A stretch of 64,000 nt of DNA from a virus (taxonomy: Duplodnaviria; Heunggongvirae; Uroviricota; Caudoviricetes), in the IMG/VR virus record IMGVR_UViG_3300028797_000096, positions 141,860 to 205,859 of that record, one strand, 5' to 3'. Positions 28,277 through 37,052 of the stretch are shown in pieces (positions within the stretch are counted from its first letter, which is position 1; every line of letters begins with the position of its first letter). Position numbers and translations under genes: made by a program. The notes under the pieces were generated by a model. That model saw only the letters and a list, made by a program, of their open reading frames with translations, was not told the origin of the DNA and searched no databases.

Positions 28277-29152
28277 TTAAACGGCTATTTCAAAACTTAC
28301 TTTTTCTCCATATTGATAATTTTCTAATTTAGCCATATCTGGTAAGAAATTAAATACTGTTGCATTTGGATCTAAGATTAAATTAGGCAAAGGAATTTCA
28401 CATTTTTCCCAAGTATTCATATGCTCAGCAATAATAGGAAGATGATTATCATAAATATGACAATTACAAAACTCTAATGTTAATGTACCAACCTGCATAC
28501 CAACTGTTTGTGCCATTAAATGTAATAATAAAGCACCTTGAACCATATCTGATGGTACACCTAAAATAGTATCTGCACTTCTTTGAATTCCTGTTAGATG
28601 TAATTGATTATTAAGATAATTAAATTGCCATGTATGTAGGCATGGTGGTAAACCCATTGTATCCATATGAGCAGGATCCCACGCTGTCATAATCATACGA
28701 CGATCATATGGATTTGTTTTAAGAGTATCTACAATTTGAGAAAGCTGATCAATACCTTGTCCTTTATAACCTGTATCATAGCTTTCATATTGTGCACCAA
28801 AATAACGATAATTCCAACCATAAATATTACCTAAATCTCTCTCTTCTTTCATTCCTTCTTTATTAAAATATGGAACTTTTTTAGGATTACACCAATAATC
28901 CCAATAATTACAACCACGCTCTTTATATATTTGCTTATCTGTAATCCCTTCTAAAAAGCAAGATAATTCACCTTTTACGCCTTTAAAAGGAATTTGTCTA
29001 AAAGTAAGAATAGGAAAGCCTTCGTTTAAATCCCAGGTAAGACTTTTATTTAATCTTACAAGGACTTCGTTGCCTGTACGGCAAGGCGCATTAAAACCTT
29101 CCTTTAAAATTTCTTTAAGCAAATTTAAATATTGTTGGTTGTAAGCATTCAT
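28277..29152 (-). CDS. thyA: Thymidylate-synthase-family enzyme with Asp at the Asn177 position (possible dCMP methyl-/hydroxymethyl-transferase)
   Basis: RTG, FPILT, KGEL, DRRM, LPPC (catalytic Cys), QRSAD and HIYDNH are present. However it reads GVPSD where ThyA has GxPFN, and PCL where ThyA has PCH. Confidence 0.85.
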   Translation of the reverse strand: MNAYNQQYLNLLKEILKEGFNAPCRTGNEVLVRLNKSLTWDLNEGFPILTFRQIPFKGVKGELSCFLEGITDKQIYKERGCNYWDYWCNPKKVPYFNKEGMKEERDLGNIYGWNYRYFGAQYESYDTGYKGQGIDQLSQIVDTLKTNPYDRRMIMTAWDPAHMDTMGLPPCLHTWQFNYLNNQLHLTGIQRSADTILGVPSDMVQGALLLHLMAQTVGMQVGTLTLEFCNCHIYDNHLPIIAEHMNTWEKCEIPLPNLILDPNATVFNFLPDMAKLENYQYGEKVSFEIAV

Positions 29153-29163
29153 ATATAATCCTT

Positions 29164-29538
29164 TTATTTTTTTGCACGATTACATATATCTAGAACTTCA
29201 TACTCTTCCAAATCTCTTATTAAATTACCATCACTATCTACTTCACATACTGATACACTATGATTTTGACCTTTAGTAATATTATTAATAAATGTATGAT
29301 AAGAACTATTAAAATACTGTAAATCATCTAAATCATTCAAATCAAAAGGGATTACTTCATTAGATATAAAAGAACATTTACTTGAACGTACTTTACCTTT
29401 TTCTATATATAAAATTTTATCATAACGACCTTTACCATAAAATAGAAAACTAGGAGTTTCTGTTCTATGATTCATTTCACTACGCTCTAAAGCATTTTTA
29501 TATGCTTTCTCTGTAATTACTTTGTGTAATACTTTCAT
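29164..29538 (-). CDS. Hypothetical protein
   Basis: 124-aa ORF in the operon; no family recognised. Confidence 0.55.
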   Translation of the reverse strand: MKVLHKVITEKAYKNALERSEMNHRTETPSFLFYGKGRYDKILYIEKGKVRSSKCSFISNEVIPFDLNDLDDLQYFNSSYHTFINNITKGQNHSVSVCEVDSDGNLIRDLEEYEVLDICNRAKK

Positions 29539-29541
29539 TTT

Positions 29542-29913
29542 TTAATCCTTCTTTTCATCATTTTCTTTTTTAATATCTTGTAATTCATAATATACTAAAC
29601 ATATCATATTCCAAAGTGCTGCTTGTAAATGAGTAGATGGATGTTCTTCAAAATTAGGATCTTCATCCCAACGATTACCTCTTTTATATTCCATAAAATG
29701 TCGCATTAAAGCAGACTCATATCTTTCTTTACCATGATCTACTAATGTCCATGACCAAGGTTCATATTTTTTTGCACCAACTGTATATCTATTTACTGCC
29801 GTTTCAATAACTTCCCATGGTAATAAAGACCAATTAAGTTTACCTTGATCATATTTAATTCCACCACCTGGTTCTTTTGCAGTAATTATTTCTTTATATT
29901 CTTTCTTAGCCAT
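29542..29913 (-). CDS. DUF5664 / dATP-dGTP diphosphohydrolase-like all-alpha NTP pyrophosphatase
   Basis: GIKYDQGKLNWSLLP...GAKKY..WSW....RYESALMRH...D.....HL.AALWN. Likely start MAKKEY at 29913 after AGGAG (track 29937). Confidence 0.8.
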   Translation of the reverse strand: MAKKEYKEIITAKEPGGGIKYDQGKLNWSLLPWEVIETAVNRYTVGAKKYEPWSWTLVDHGKERYESALMRHFMEYKRGNRWDEDPNFEEHPSTHLQAALWNMICLVYYELQDIKKENDEKKD

Positions 29914-29930
29914 AGTAATTCTCCTTTCTT

Positions 29931-30083
29931 TTAGCAACCGAATTTTTCAAATTGTTCTACACAAACTGATAAACATTGTTCTGGTGTAATTTCAATATAT
30001 CTAGTACCAATATCAACACCAAGCAAAAATACAACAATAGTAAAACAAATACCTAAAATAATTTTTGAAATTATATCTGTCAT
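29931..30083 (-). CDS. Small membrane protein (50 aa; not in ORF track)
   Basis: AAGGAG SD. MTDIISKIILGICFTIVVFLLGVDIGTRYIEITPEQCLSVCVEQFEKFGC*. Confidence 0.65.
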   Translation of the reverse strand: MTDIISKIILGICFTIVVFLLGVDIGTRYIEITPEQCLSVCVEQFEKFGC

Positions 30084-30153
30084 GTTTTAGCTCCTTTATA
30101 TAATATAGAATTTAAACTAGCCAGATAAAAATCAAACAAAATTTCCATTATAT

Positions 30154-30191
30154 AAAAAAAAATATCCTTAGCCCATGACAACTAAGGATAT
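30154..30191 (-). terminator. Rho-independent terminator after dut
   Basis: Minus strand ATATCCTTAG-loop-CTAAGGATAT followed by a T run. Confidence 0.85.
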
Positions 30192-30209
30192 TCACGCACA
30201 GGAACTTTA

Positions 30210-30719
30210 TTATTTTGAACCAGTACTTCCAAAACCACCTGTTGCTCTTTTTGTTTTTGGACCCTGATCATATACTTTATTAGGTACACCTTTTAAAGCT
30301 TCATTTGAGATGTTAATAATAATACCTTGAATAATCTTATCACCTGGATTAATTACAGTTGCCCATTCTTTAAATCCTAACCAACCTAAAAATCCTTTAC
30401 GACGAACTCGAATATCTTCGGTGCCTTTTACTACTTTAAACATATTCAAATGAATTTCACCACGATAACCTGCATCAATTACACAAGCACCAAATACTAA
30501 ACCTTTCTTTAATGCTACACCAGATTTATTCATCATTTGTAAATATTGATTGCTTTTTAATTTAGTTTTAATACCAGATGGAATATTAACTTGTTCACCT
30601 AATCTCAAAATATAAGATTTACCTTCATTCCAATCATTTGGAACGAAAAAGTCAATACCAGCATCTTCTTGGCGATTACCAATTGGATCTTTAACATCCT
30701 TAATTTTTGTATAAATCAT
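30210..30719 (-). CDS. dut: Trimeric dUTPase
   Basis: AGIDF, NKSG, VIDAGYRGEI, KIIQ, RATGGFGSTG (motifs 1-5). Confidence 0.93.
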   Translation of the reverse strand: MIYTKIKDVKDPIGNRQEDAGIDFFVPNDWNEGKSYILRLGEQVNIPSGIKTKLKSNQYLQMMNKSGVALKKGLVFGACVIDAGYRGEIHLNMFKVVKGTEDIRVRRKGFLGWLGFKEWATVINPGDKIIQGIIINISNEALKGVPNKVYDQGPKTKRATGGFGSTGSK

Positions 30720-30795
30720 AAAAGTACTCCTTTGTTATACATTATATAGAATGTTAAATTTGATAACCTTTTTTAAAATAAATTTCCAAAACAGA

Positions 30796-31002
30796 TTAAA
30801 AACCCCAAACCTGTTTTTGAATACGTTGGCGTTTCATTTCATTACGTACTTGTTCTTTTTTACGTTGAACTTTGCGTACATTTGGTTTAATATATCTACT
30901 ACGGCGTTTTTGTTCAAATGAAAAGCCTTCTTTAAGACCTTTACGTTTAATCTTTTTTAATGCTTTTTCAACATTATTATCTACAACCAATACTTTAACC
31001 AT
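30796..31002 (-). CDS. rpsU: Ribosomal protein bS21
   Basis: VKVLVVDNNVEKALKKIKRK..KEG...EQKRRSRYIKPNVRK fits the bS21 consensus (V.V....V..AL...K.....G...E...R..Y.KP). Confidence 0.85.
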   Translation of the reverse strand: MVKVLVVDNNVEKALKKIKRKGLKEGFSFEQKRRSRYIKPNVRKVQRKKEQVRNEMKRQRIQKQVWGF

Positions 31003-31042
31003 TAAAATTCCTTTTGGTTTTAAATTGAATATTATTAAGAAC

Positions 31043-34000
31043 TTATCCTTCTAACAATTCTTTTTCAATTTCATCTTTATGCTTTTCATAATATTTATAT
31101 TTATTACGAATTACAAACTTATGATCTTTATCTAAACAATCACCATCAGGAATCATCTTTAATAATTCTTCCATAGGTACTTGTGATATTAATCTTGGAG
31201 ATAGTTTTTGACAAGCAGCAAAGCGATTACCTTCACTCCAGTCAAATTTTTTAATATGTCTCTCCAAGGCTTTCATATCAACTTTACCTGTATATTCTTT
31301 AAATGGTTTTATACTTTCTTTAATTCTTGGTAATTCGGCTAAAATAGTATCAACATCTAAGACATTTTTATCATATAAATATAAAGTAGCCATTTCACCA
31401 GTTTTTGGATTCATTTGATCTGGTACTCGGGTATATTTAGATGGTACATTGGCTTGTTCATCACATCCAATAAGCTTATAAGTATACATAATATAATACC
31501 ATATATTCTTATATTGCAAAGCTGTTACAGGATGACTTAATTTAACTACACAATGATATGATTTACTACCCGACCAAACAACACGATACCACAAATCTTT
31601 ATGTTTATTAATTTGTTCTTCTTGTTCTTCTTTAGTCATATCATCACATTCAAATAGTAAATTTTGTGCATATACATTACTATTAGTTGGATATTCGGCT
31701 GTATTATCTTTAAAATTATTTAAAGCTTGTAATACATCTTTTTCTTCGACCTTTTCATAATCTGCTGTATAATATGGACCAAATTCACCACTATTATCAT
31801 CTAATAAATTTCTAGCAAATGCGATATATTGCATAGTATTAATTTCATCCATAGTTAAGGTATTTAAATCATCAACTAATAGCATATGATCATTAAAACC
31901 TGTAATCTTACTTATAGTATGTACTATTTCTGTTTCAGGTTTACCATCTTTATCTAAAACAGGATTACCATTTTCATCTTTCTTAGCAACACTTCTTGCG
32001 TTTTTACTACGACTATAATAAGATTGTGTTCTTGGATCATTAGGAAAACCTACTACAAAAGCTAAACTACGACCATCAACTTTTTTATTAGTTTTACCAT
32101 CATAAATCTCACCAATCGCATGTTTCTTATATAATACAAAATCTCTTGGTTCTACACCATCTAATAACGGCTGATCTGTTACCATATTACATAAAATCTT
32201 AGAAGTAGCTTTACCAAATTTTTCGTTTGATAAATAAAACCCTTTAGACTTTACTTTGCCATTAGTAAACTTACAATAGTAATTATTAACATTATTCTGA
32301 GCTAAAGTATCAATTTCATCAAATTCCAAGACTAATCTCGTTTCTTTTTGCCATTGATCAGCAATAGGCATAAAATCTACCCCTTCTTGGCGTTCAATCA
32401 TAATACCATCAGTGTTGGTTTGAATAATATTAAAACCAGCATCATATAAGCGTTTTACCAAAATAAATAATAGCAATTGTCCATGCACGCAAATTGATGA
32501 ATTAGACCATGTATCATATAATGGATTAAATTCTGATAACATAGCACCAATAGCACCGTTAAGAATCAATTTAAGACCTAAATTAAGAAGTGTTTTTCCT
32601 TCTTTTTTAGCTTGTAAACGTGTATGATATACTTCTTTATATGATTCAGGATTTTTAGCAGCCCCTCTAGACATTAATCCATATTCCACCAATAAAGAAG
32701 GATACAATGAAGCAACGTCCATATTAACTAAATTTTTACTTCTATATCCAATCAAAGCTTGATGTAATCCACCAAATCCAAATTGATATTTATGACCTTC
32801 ATCAAAACCACCAAGTTGTACTTCAAACTTTTCTTTAATATAATCCGGATTATCTTGATTATCTAAATAGAATTGTAAAAGTTTTGTTGGTGTACCATCA
32901 TCATTTACTAATTCTTTCATTGCTAATTCTGGAATAGAATAATATTGTTTCTTGCCATTTACTATTTTATAAGTATTTTGTTTATTAGCTTTAGCATCTT
33001 CACCACACAATAATTTACCTGCAAAAGACGATGATTTATTAATAAGAGTTTTAGCTTTCATCTTATATTCAACAATCATATTCCAGCGAATATCATATGA
33101 TTCTTTTGCAAATGTACGTTTTGGATTATCAGGATCTGGCATAAATAATGCTAAAGTATTATCAACGTCCATTTCGCAATACTTTTCAACATCCAATCTT
33201 TCTTTTGGTGTTAATTTTCTTGGAGTATCAAATGAAACGCTACTATCATAATTACGTTTATTTAATACAGACATAGTAAGCTTTTTTAATGAATTACGAC
33301 GGATATCAAATGGACCATGAAAACTAATATCCCAAGATAAGAAATTAGGATTCCAATTTGATTTTGGCTTCATTTCAGGATATGCAGGTTTAGCTCCATG
33401 TAAAATTAAAGCATCTGAATACTTTTTAACAGTTAGGCTTTGATCAATTAAAAATGGAAAACACATAGCATGACGAATAACTACATCGTCATATGCTGCA
33501 TTATTAAATCCAATTAAAATTTTATTCTTGGCCCAATCATATAATCTTTCTGGATCATTCCAACAGATTAATCTATTTTTACCATCTAAAGTTTTAGCAA
33601 CAAAAAGCCAATCATCATGAAATACTTCAATATCGTATATCCATTCAAATTTTTGTTTAGTATTATAACCTTCTCTTTCGATTTCTTTATCATCTAATCC
33701 TAAAGTTGGTAATACTTCTTTATACCATTTATAATACCATTCTGAAGGTTCAGTACCATTTCTATCACCTGTAATTTCAAATTTACTAGCTTTACCTATA
33801 GTTGTTACTTCTGGTAAATTATTAACATCAGATATAGTTATTTGATCTTTAAATGGAAATAATTGTATTAAATTTTCTACATTATTACCAATTACAGGAA
33901 TAGTAATCAATACTTTTTTTAATATATCATAAAACTTTAACTTTAACTCTTGAGAATCATTTTTACAAATATCATCAGTAGGGCAATACCTTAAAGTAAT

Positions 34001-34714
34001 TTTAGTATATTCATCATAAATACTAAAATATTCAATCTTACGAGTTACTAAATTGGCTTTACCTTCAAAAGTAAAATAGGATAAAATATTGTCTTCATAA
34101 GCTTCTAATAAGAATTGTAGTTTAGTAATAATTTGATTGGTATCGCAATAAGGTGATAAAACTATTTCTTTACTAAATGAAATATTATTTAATTGTTGTA
34201 CAATATTTGTATAATCTTCTGTAATATCAGGTAAAATTACATATGGTACTAATACATCTTTTGGCTTACCTTTTTCGTCTAAAACCAATCTATTTAACCA
34301 TACGGCTGTAATTCTAAGAATCTTTTTATTTTCATTTAGATATAATTCAATTCCACCCATATCCGGTTGTGATAAATAATCTGCTTTAAATGCTTCAAAT
34401 GCTTTTTGACCTACAAATGCAATAACTAACTTATCAGGCTCTAATGTACCTCTTTTAACATAATGCCCTAAAAGATTAAAAAATACATTTCGTGCAAAAG
34501 GTTCATTTGTAGAATCTTTAACATAAGTAATATGTGTTTCTGCTGATTTAAATCTACTTTTAAATACTTCAGTTAAATAATTTATAGCTATAAAAGAATC
34601 AAAGATTTCTTCTTTATCTGTTTCTAAAGGTTGTTCAGCTATTAAAAAAAGCTTAGGTCCTAACTCTGACTCGTATTCTTTCTTACTTCTTTTAATAAAT
34701 GGACAACCCTGCAT
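31043..34714 (-). CDS. Family B DNA polymerase with N-terminal UDG-like domain and C-terminal AEP primase-like domain
   Basis: Exonuclease YDIEVF, GFNNAAYDD, YCEMDV. PolB MDVASLYPS, KLILNG, QTNTDG. C-terminal FECDD, SGSKSYH, D..RVP. N-terminal LFLIAEQP...IAFVGQKA. Likely start is the ATG at 34714 after GGAGG (track TTG 34726). Confidence 0.9.
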   Translation of the reverse strand: MQGCPFIKRSKKEYESELGPKLFLIAEQPLETDKEEIFDSFIAINYLTEVFKSRFKSAETHITYVKDSTNEPFARNVFFNLLGHYVKRGTLEPDKLVIAFVGQKAFEAFKADYLSQPDMGGIELYLNENKKILRITAVWLNRLVLDEKGKPKDVLVPYVILPDITEDYTNIVQQLNNISFSKEIVLSPYCDTNQIITKLQFLLEAYEDNILSYFTFEGKANLVTRKIEYFSIYDEYTKITLRYCPTDDICKNDSQELKLKFYDILKKVLITIPVIGNNVENLIQLFPFKDQITISDVNNLPEVTTIGKASKFEITGDRNGTEPSEWYYKWYKEVLPTLGLDDKEIEREGYNTKQKFEWIYDIEVFHDDWLFVAKTLDGKNRLICWNDPERLYDWAKNKILIGFNNAAYDDVVIRHAMCFPFLIDQSLTVKKYSDALILHGAKPAYPEMKPKSNWNPNFLSWDISFHGPFDIRRNSLKKLTMSVLNKRNYDSSVSFDTPRKLTPKERLDVEKYCEMDVDNTLALFMPDPDNPKRTFAKESYDIRWNMIVEYKMKAKTLINKSSSFAGKLLCGEDAKANKQNTYKIVNGKKQYYSIPELAMKELVNDDGTPTKLLQFYLDNQDNPDYIKEKFEVQLGGFDEGHKYQFGFGGLHQALIGYRSKNLVNMDVASLYPSLLVEYGLMSRGAAKNPESYKEVYHTRLQAKKEGKTLLNLGLKLILNGAIGAMLSEFNPLYDTWSNSSICVHGQLLLFILVKRLYDAGFNIIQTNTDGIMIERQEGVDFMPIADQWQKETRLVLEFDEIDTLAQNNVNNYYCKFTNGKVKSKGFYLSNEKFGKATSKILCNMVTDQPLLDGVEPRDFVLYKKHAIGEIYDGKTNKKVDGRSLAFVVGFPNDPRTQSYYSRSKNARSVAKKDENGNPVLDKDGKPETEIVHTISKITGFNDHMLLVDDLNTLTMDEINTMQYIAFARNLLDDNSGEFGPYYTADYEKVEEKDVLQALNNFKDNTAEYPTNSNVYAQNLLFECDDMTKEEQEEQINKHKDLWYRVVWSGSKSYHCVVKLSHPVTALQYKNIWYYIMYTYKLIGCDEQANVPSKYTRVPDQMNPKTGEMATLYLYDKNVLDVDTILAELPRIKESIKPFKEYTGKVDMKALERHIKKFDWSEGNRFAACQKLSPRLISQVPMEELLKMIPDGDCLDKDHKFVIRNKYKYYEKHKDEIEKELLEG

Positions 34715-34737
34715 TTGTTCCTCCAAATACTTTTAGC

Positions 34738-34790
34738 TAGGATAGAATATAAGGAAAATAATGGATTAAAAAACCTTATACTCTACCCTA
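34738..34790 (-). promoter_or_regulatory. 17-bp stem-loop upstream of the polymerase gene
   Basis: Minus strand TAGGGTAGAGTATAAGG-N19-CCTTATATTCTATCCTA. Both DNA mismatches are G.U pairs in the mRNA sense. Confidence 0.65.
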
Positions 34791-34800
34791 ATCTAACTCT

Positions 34801-35055
34801 CTAGTCTAAGCCTGCTGCTTTAGAATATGCGTTAAACAATTCTTTTTCTTCAGCGATTTGATCACGATCTTTTTTGCGCTGACGAACTACATAATCAATA
34901 CCTTTTTTAGCAAAACCTTCTGCTTTTGCTTCTTCATAAATTGCCTTTTTACTAGCATTAGCATCAGTAATTGTATCGTTATATACTTCAATTCGTTCAA
35001 CATATTGTAATAAGCGAGCTTTATCTACTTCAACTGTCATAATATTTTCCTCCAT
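34801..35055 (-). CDS. gapR: GapR / DUF2312 family nucleoid-associated protein
   Basis: RLLQYVERIE..N......KKAIYEEAKAEGF..K.I..VVRQRKKD.....EE..LF..Y..AAG matches the DUF2312 consensus. Start may be 35040. Confidence 0.85.
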   Translation of the reverse strand: MEENIMTVEVDKARLLQYVERIEVYNDTITDANASKKAIYEEAKAEGFAKKGIDYVVRQRKKDRDQIAEEKELFNAYSKAAGLD

Positions 35056-35294
35056 TAAATCAAATTAGATACATGAAAATCACAAGGATTACCATTTTTA
35101 AAACTAGTAGCACCCATGTATGATTTTAAAGTACCCATATATTTATGATTTTTTGTATTAAACAATTGAACACTGCCTTGATTTGTAATACTTACACTTA
35201 TATTATTTTCTTTTAATTGATTATAAACTTTAGTGGGTAATATAATATCACAACCACGACGATTCAATTTTGTGTATTTAATAGACCATGCCAT
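35055..35294 (-). CDS. Hypothetical protein
   Basis: AAGGAG SD; ATTCTA motif upstream. Confidence 0.6.
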   Translation of the reverse strand: MAWSIKYTKLNRRGCDIILPTKVYNQLKENNISVSITNQGSVQLFNTKNHKYMGTLKSYMGATSFKNGNPCDFHVSNLI

Positions 35295-35341
35295 TTCGTA
35301 CTCCTTTTTTAATGTTACACATAATTATAGAATAACATAAT

Positions 35342-36532
35342 TTATTCATTTTCGGATGAAGAATTTTCCGTTTCTACAATTTGATCTTCCAAACCGAATT
35401 GCTTAACAGCTTCTTTATAAGGATCTTCTGAATTATAAATAGCTTCAAGATCTACACCGTGCTCGTCTGTAGTAACTTCTGTATCATCTTCTACTTCACC
35501 GTTCATTTCTACATTTTTACCAGTTACATATGATAATACGGTTTCTTTAAAATGTTGCATACGATCTGGATCTTCTTTTAACCAAATCATAGCTTTTTCT
35601 TTACCTTGAGCAATGTTTTCACCTTTATAGCGTACCCATGCACCTGCTTTTTCTAAAATACCAAATTTTACAGCAAGATCAAATACTTCTTCTTCTTGAG
35701 ATACACCTTTACCATATCTAATAATAAATTTAGCCGTACGGAAAGGAGGAGCAACTTTATTTTTCACAACTTTAACTGTAGTTTCAACAGATGTAGCGAC
35801 TTCTTCACCATTAATCTTTTCTGTAGTAGGTGATTGCTTTTTCCAGATTTTCATAATAACAGTACTATAGAATTTTAATGCTTCACCACCTGACATAACA
35901 TCAGTATCACCATACATAACACCAATATTCTTACGAGTCTGTGAAATAAAGAAACACATACAACCAGCATCATAAGCCAATGGAGTAATACGTTTTAAAC
36001 CATCAGACATCATTTTAGCTTGTCTACCAATAAAGTTATCACCCATTTCACCTTCACGCTCTTGCATTGAAATCATAGTAGAAACAGAGTCAAATACAAT
36101 AACTTTAACTAACTTTTGTTTTAATAAAGCTTCAGCCATTTGAAAACATTCTACACCATCATTTGGTTGAGCAAATAATAAGTGCTTCAAATCTACACCT
36201 AAAGCTTGAGCATATCCAAGATCAACCGCGTGTTCTGAATCTAAATATGCACATAAATATCCTTGTTTTTGAGCATTTGCTACTAATTGTAATGCAATAG
36301 TAGATTTACCAGATGATGATTCACCATAAATTGTATTAATTCTTCCCATAGGTAAACCACCAACTCCTAAAGCAACATCAAGATTTAATGAACCAGTAGA
36401 AACTGTATCAATTTTCTTAATTGCTGTAGTGTCATCAAAAGTTAACATTGAATCTTCACCAAATTGTTTATGAATCAATGCCAAAGCAGCTGCCATGTCT
36501 TTATCTAATTGAGTTTTTTCAACTTTAGCCAT
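35342..36532 (-). CDS. recA: RecA recombinase
   Basis: STGSLNLDVALGVGGLP.GR, YGESSSGKST, VFDSVS, GGEALKFYS, KNKVAPPFR. Confidence 0.98.
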   Translation of the reverse strand: MAKVEKTQLDKDMAAALALIHKQFGEDSMLTFDDTTAIKKIDTVSTGSLNLDVALGVGGLPMGRINTIYGESSSGKSTIALQLVANAQKQGYLCAYLDSEHAVDLGYAQALGVDLKHLLFAQPNDGVECFQMAEALLKQKLVKVIVFDSVSTMISMQEREGEMGDNFIGRQAKMMSDGLKRITPLAYDAGCMCFFISQTRKNIGVMYGDTDVMSGGEALKFYSTVIMKIWKKQSPTTEKINGEEVATSVETTVKVVKNKVAPPFRTAKFIIRYGKGVSQEEEVFDLAVKFGILEKAGAWVRYKGENIAQGKEKAMIWLKEDPDRMQHFKETVLSYVTGKNVEMNGEVEDDTEVTTDEHGVDLEAIYNSEDPYKEAVKQFGLEDQIVETENSSSENE

Positions 36533-36561
36533 GTATTACTCCTATTTAAATTTCATATATA

Positions 36562-37050
36562 TTAGAATTTAATTATTTTATTAACTTTTTCACGAATTTC
36601 TTCTAAACACTGCCCAATAAACACACTACAATGTGCTTTTATTTTAGGTAAGTCTAAGGTTTCCATAATATTTTTAGTTAATTCTTGTGTATTAATATCA
36701 AATAAATTTTTTCCAATTATTTGTTCACAGCCATAAGAAGTACTTGATAATGAACCATAACAACCCGTAGATAAAAATTTAGCATCTAATATAGTATTAT
36801 GATTAGTATCTAATTTTACCCATAAATTTACAATATCACCACAAGCAGGTCCTCCAAAGGCTCCTTCAAAAACTGATACATTATCTTCTTGTAATATTAA
36901 ATTTAAATTATCATCTCTATTCAAATACTTACCATCTTGTGCGTATTGAATAGCCAAAGATGAATAAGAAATACCATGACCTCTGTTACTTATTTGATCC
37001 AAAGAATGATCAACTGTACAAGTATTACAATTTCCAGAACAACTTTCCAT
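36562..37050 (-). CDS. iscU: IscU/NifU-type Fe-S scaffold with N-terminal extension
   Basis: GPACGD, GCYGS, KAHCS (three scaffold Cys). Extra N-terminal CSGNCNTC. Confidence 0.85.
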   Translation of the reverse strand: MESCSGNCNTCTVDHSLDQISNRGHGISYSSLAIQYAQDGKYLNRDDNLNLILQEDNVSVFEGAFGGPACGDIVNLWVKLDTNHNTILDAKFLSTGCYGSLSSTSYGCEQIIGKNLFDINTQELTKNIMETLDLPKIKAHCSVFIGQCLEEIREKVNKIIKF

Positions 37051-37052
37051 TT

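Noticed and set aside
29542-29913. 2-aminoadenine (Z) or 7-deazaguanine genome inferred from DUF5664
   Set aside because: No purZ, dpdA, folE, queC/D/E or similar genes in the window; DUF5664 alone is not diagnostic.
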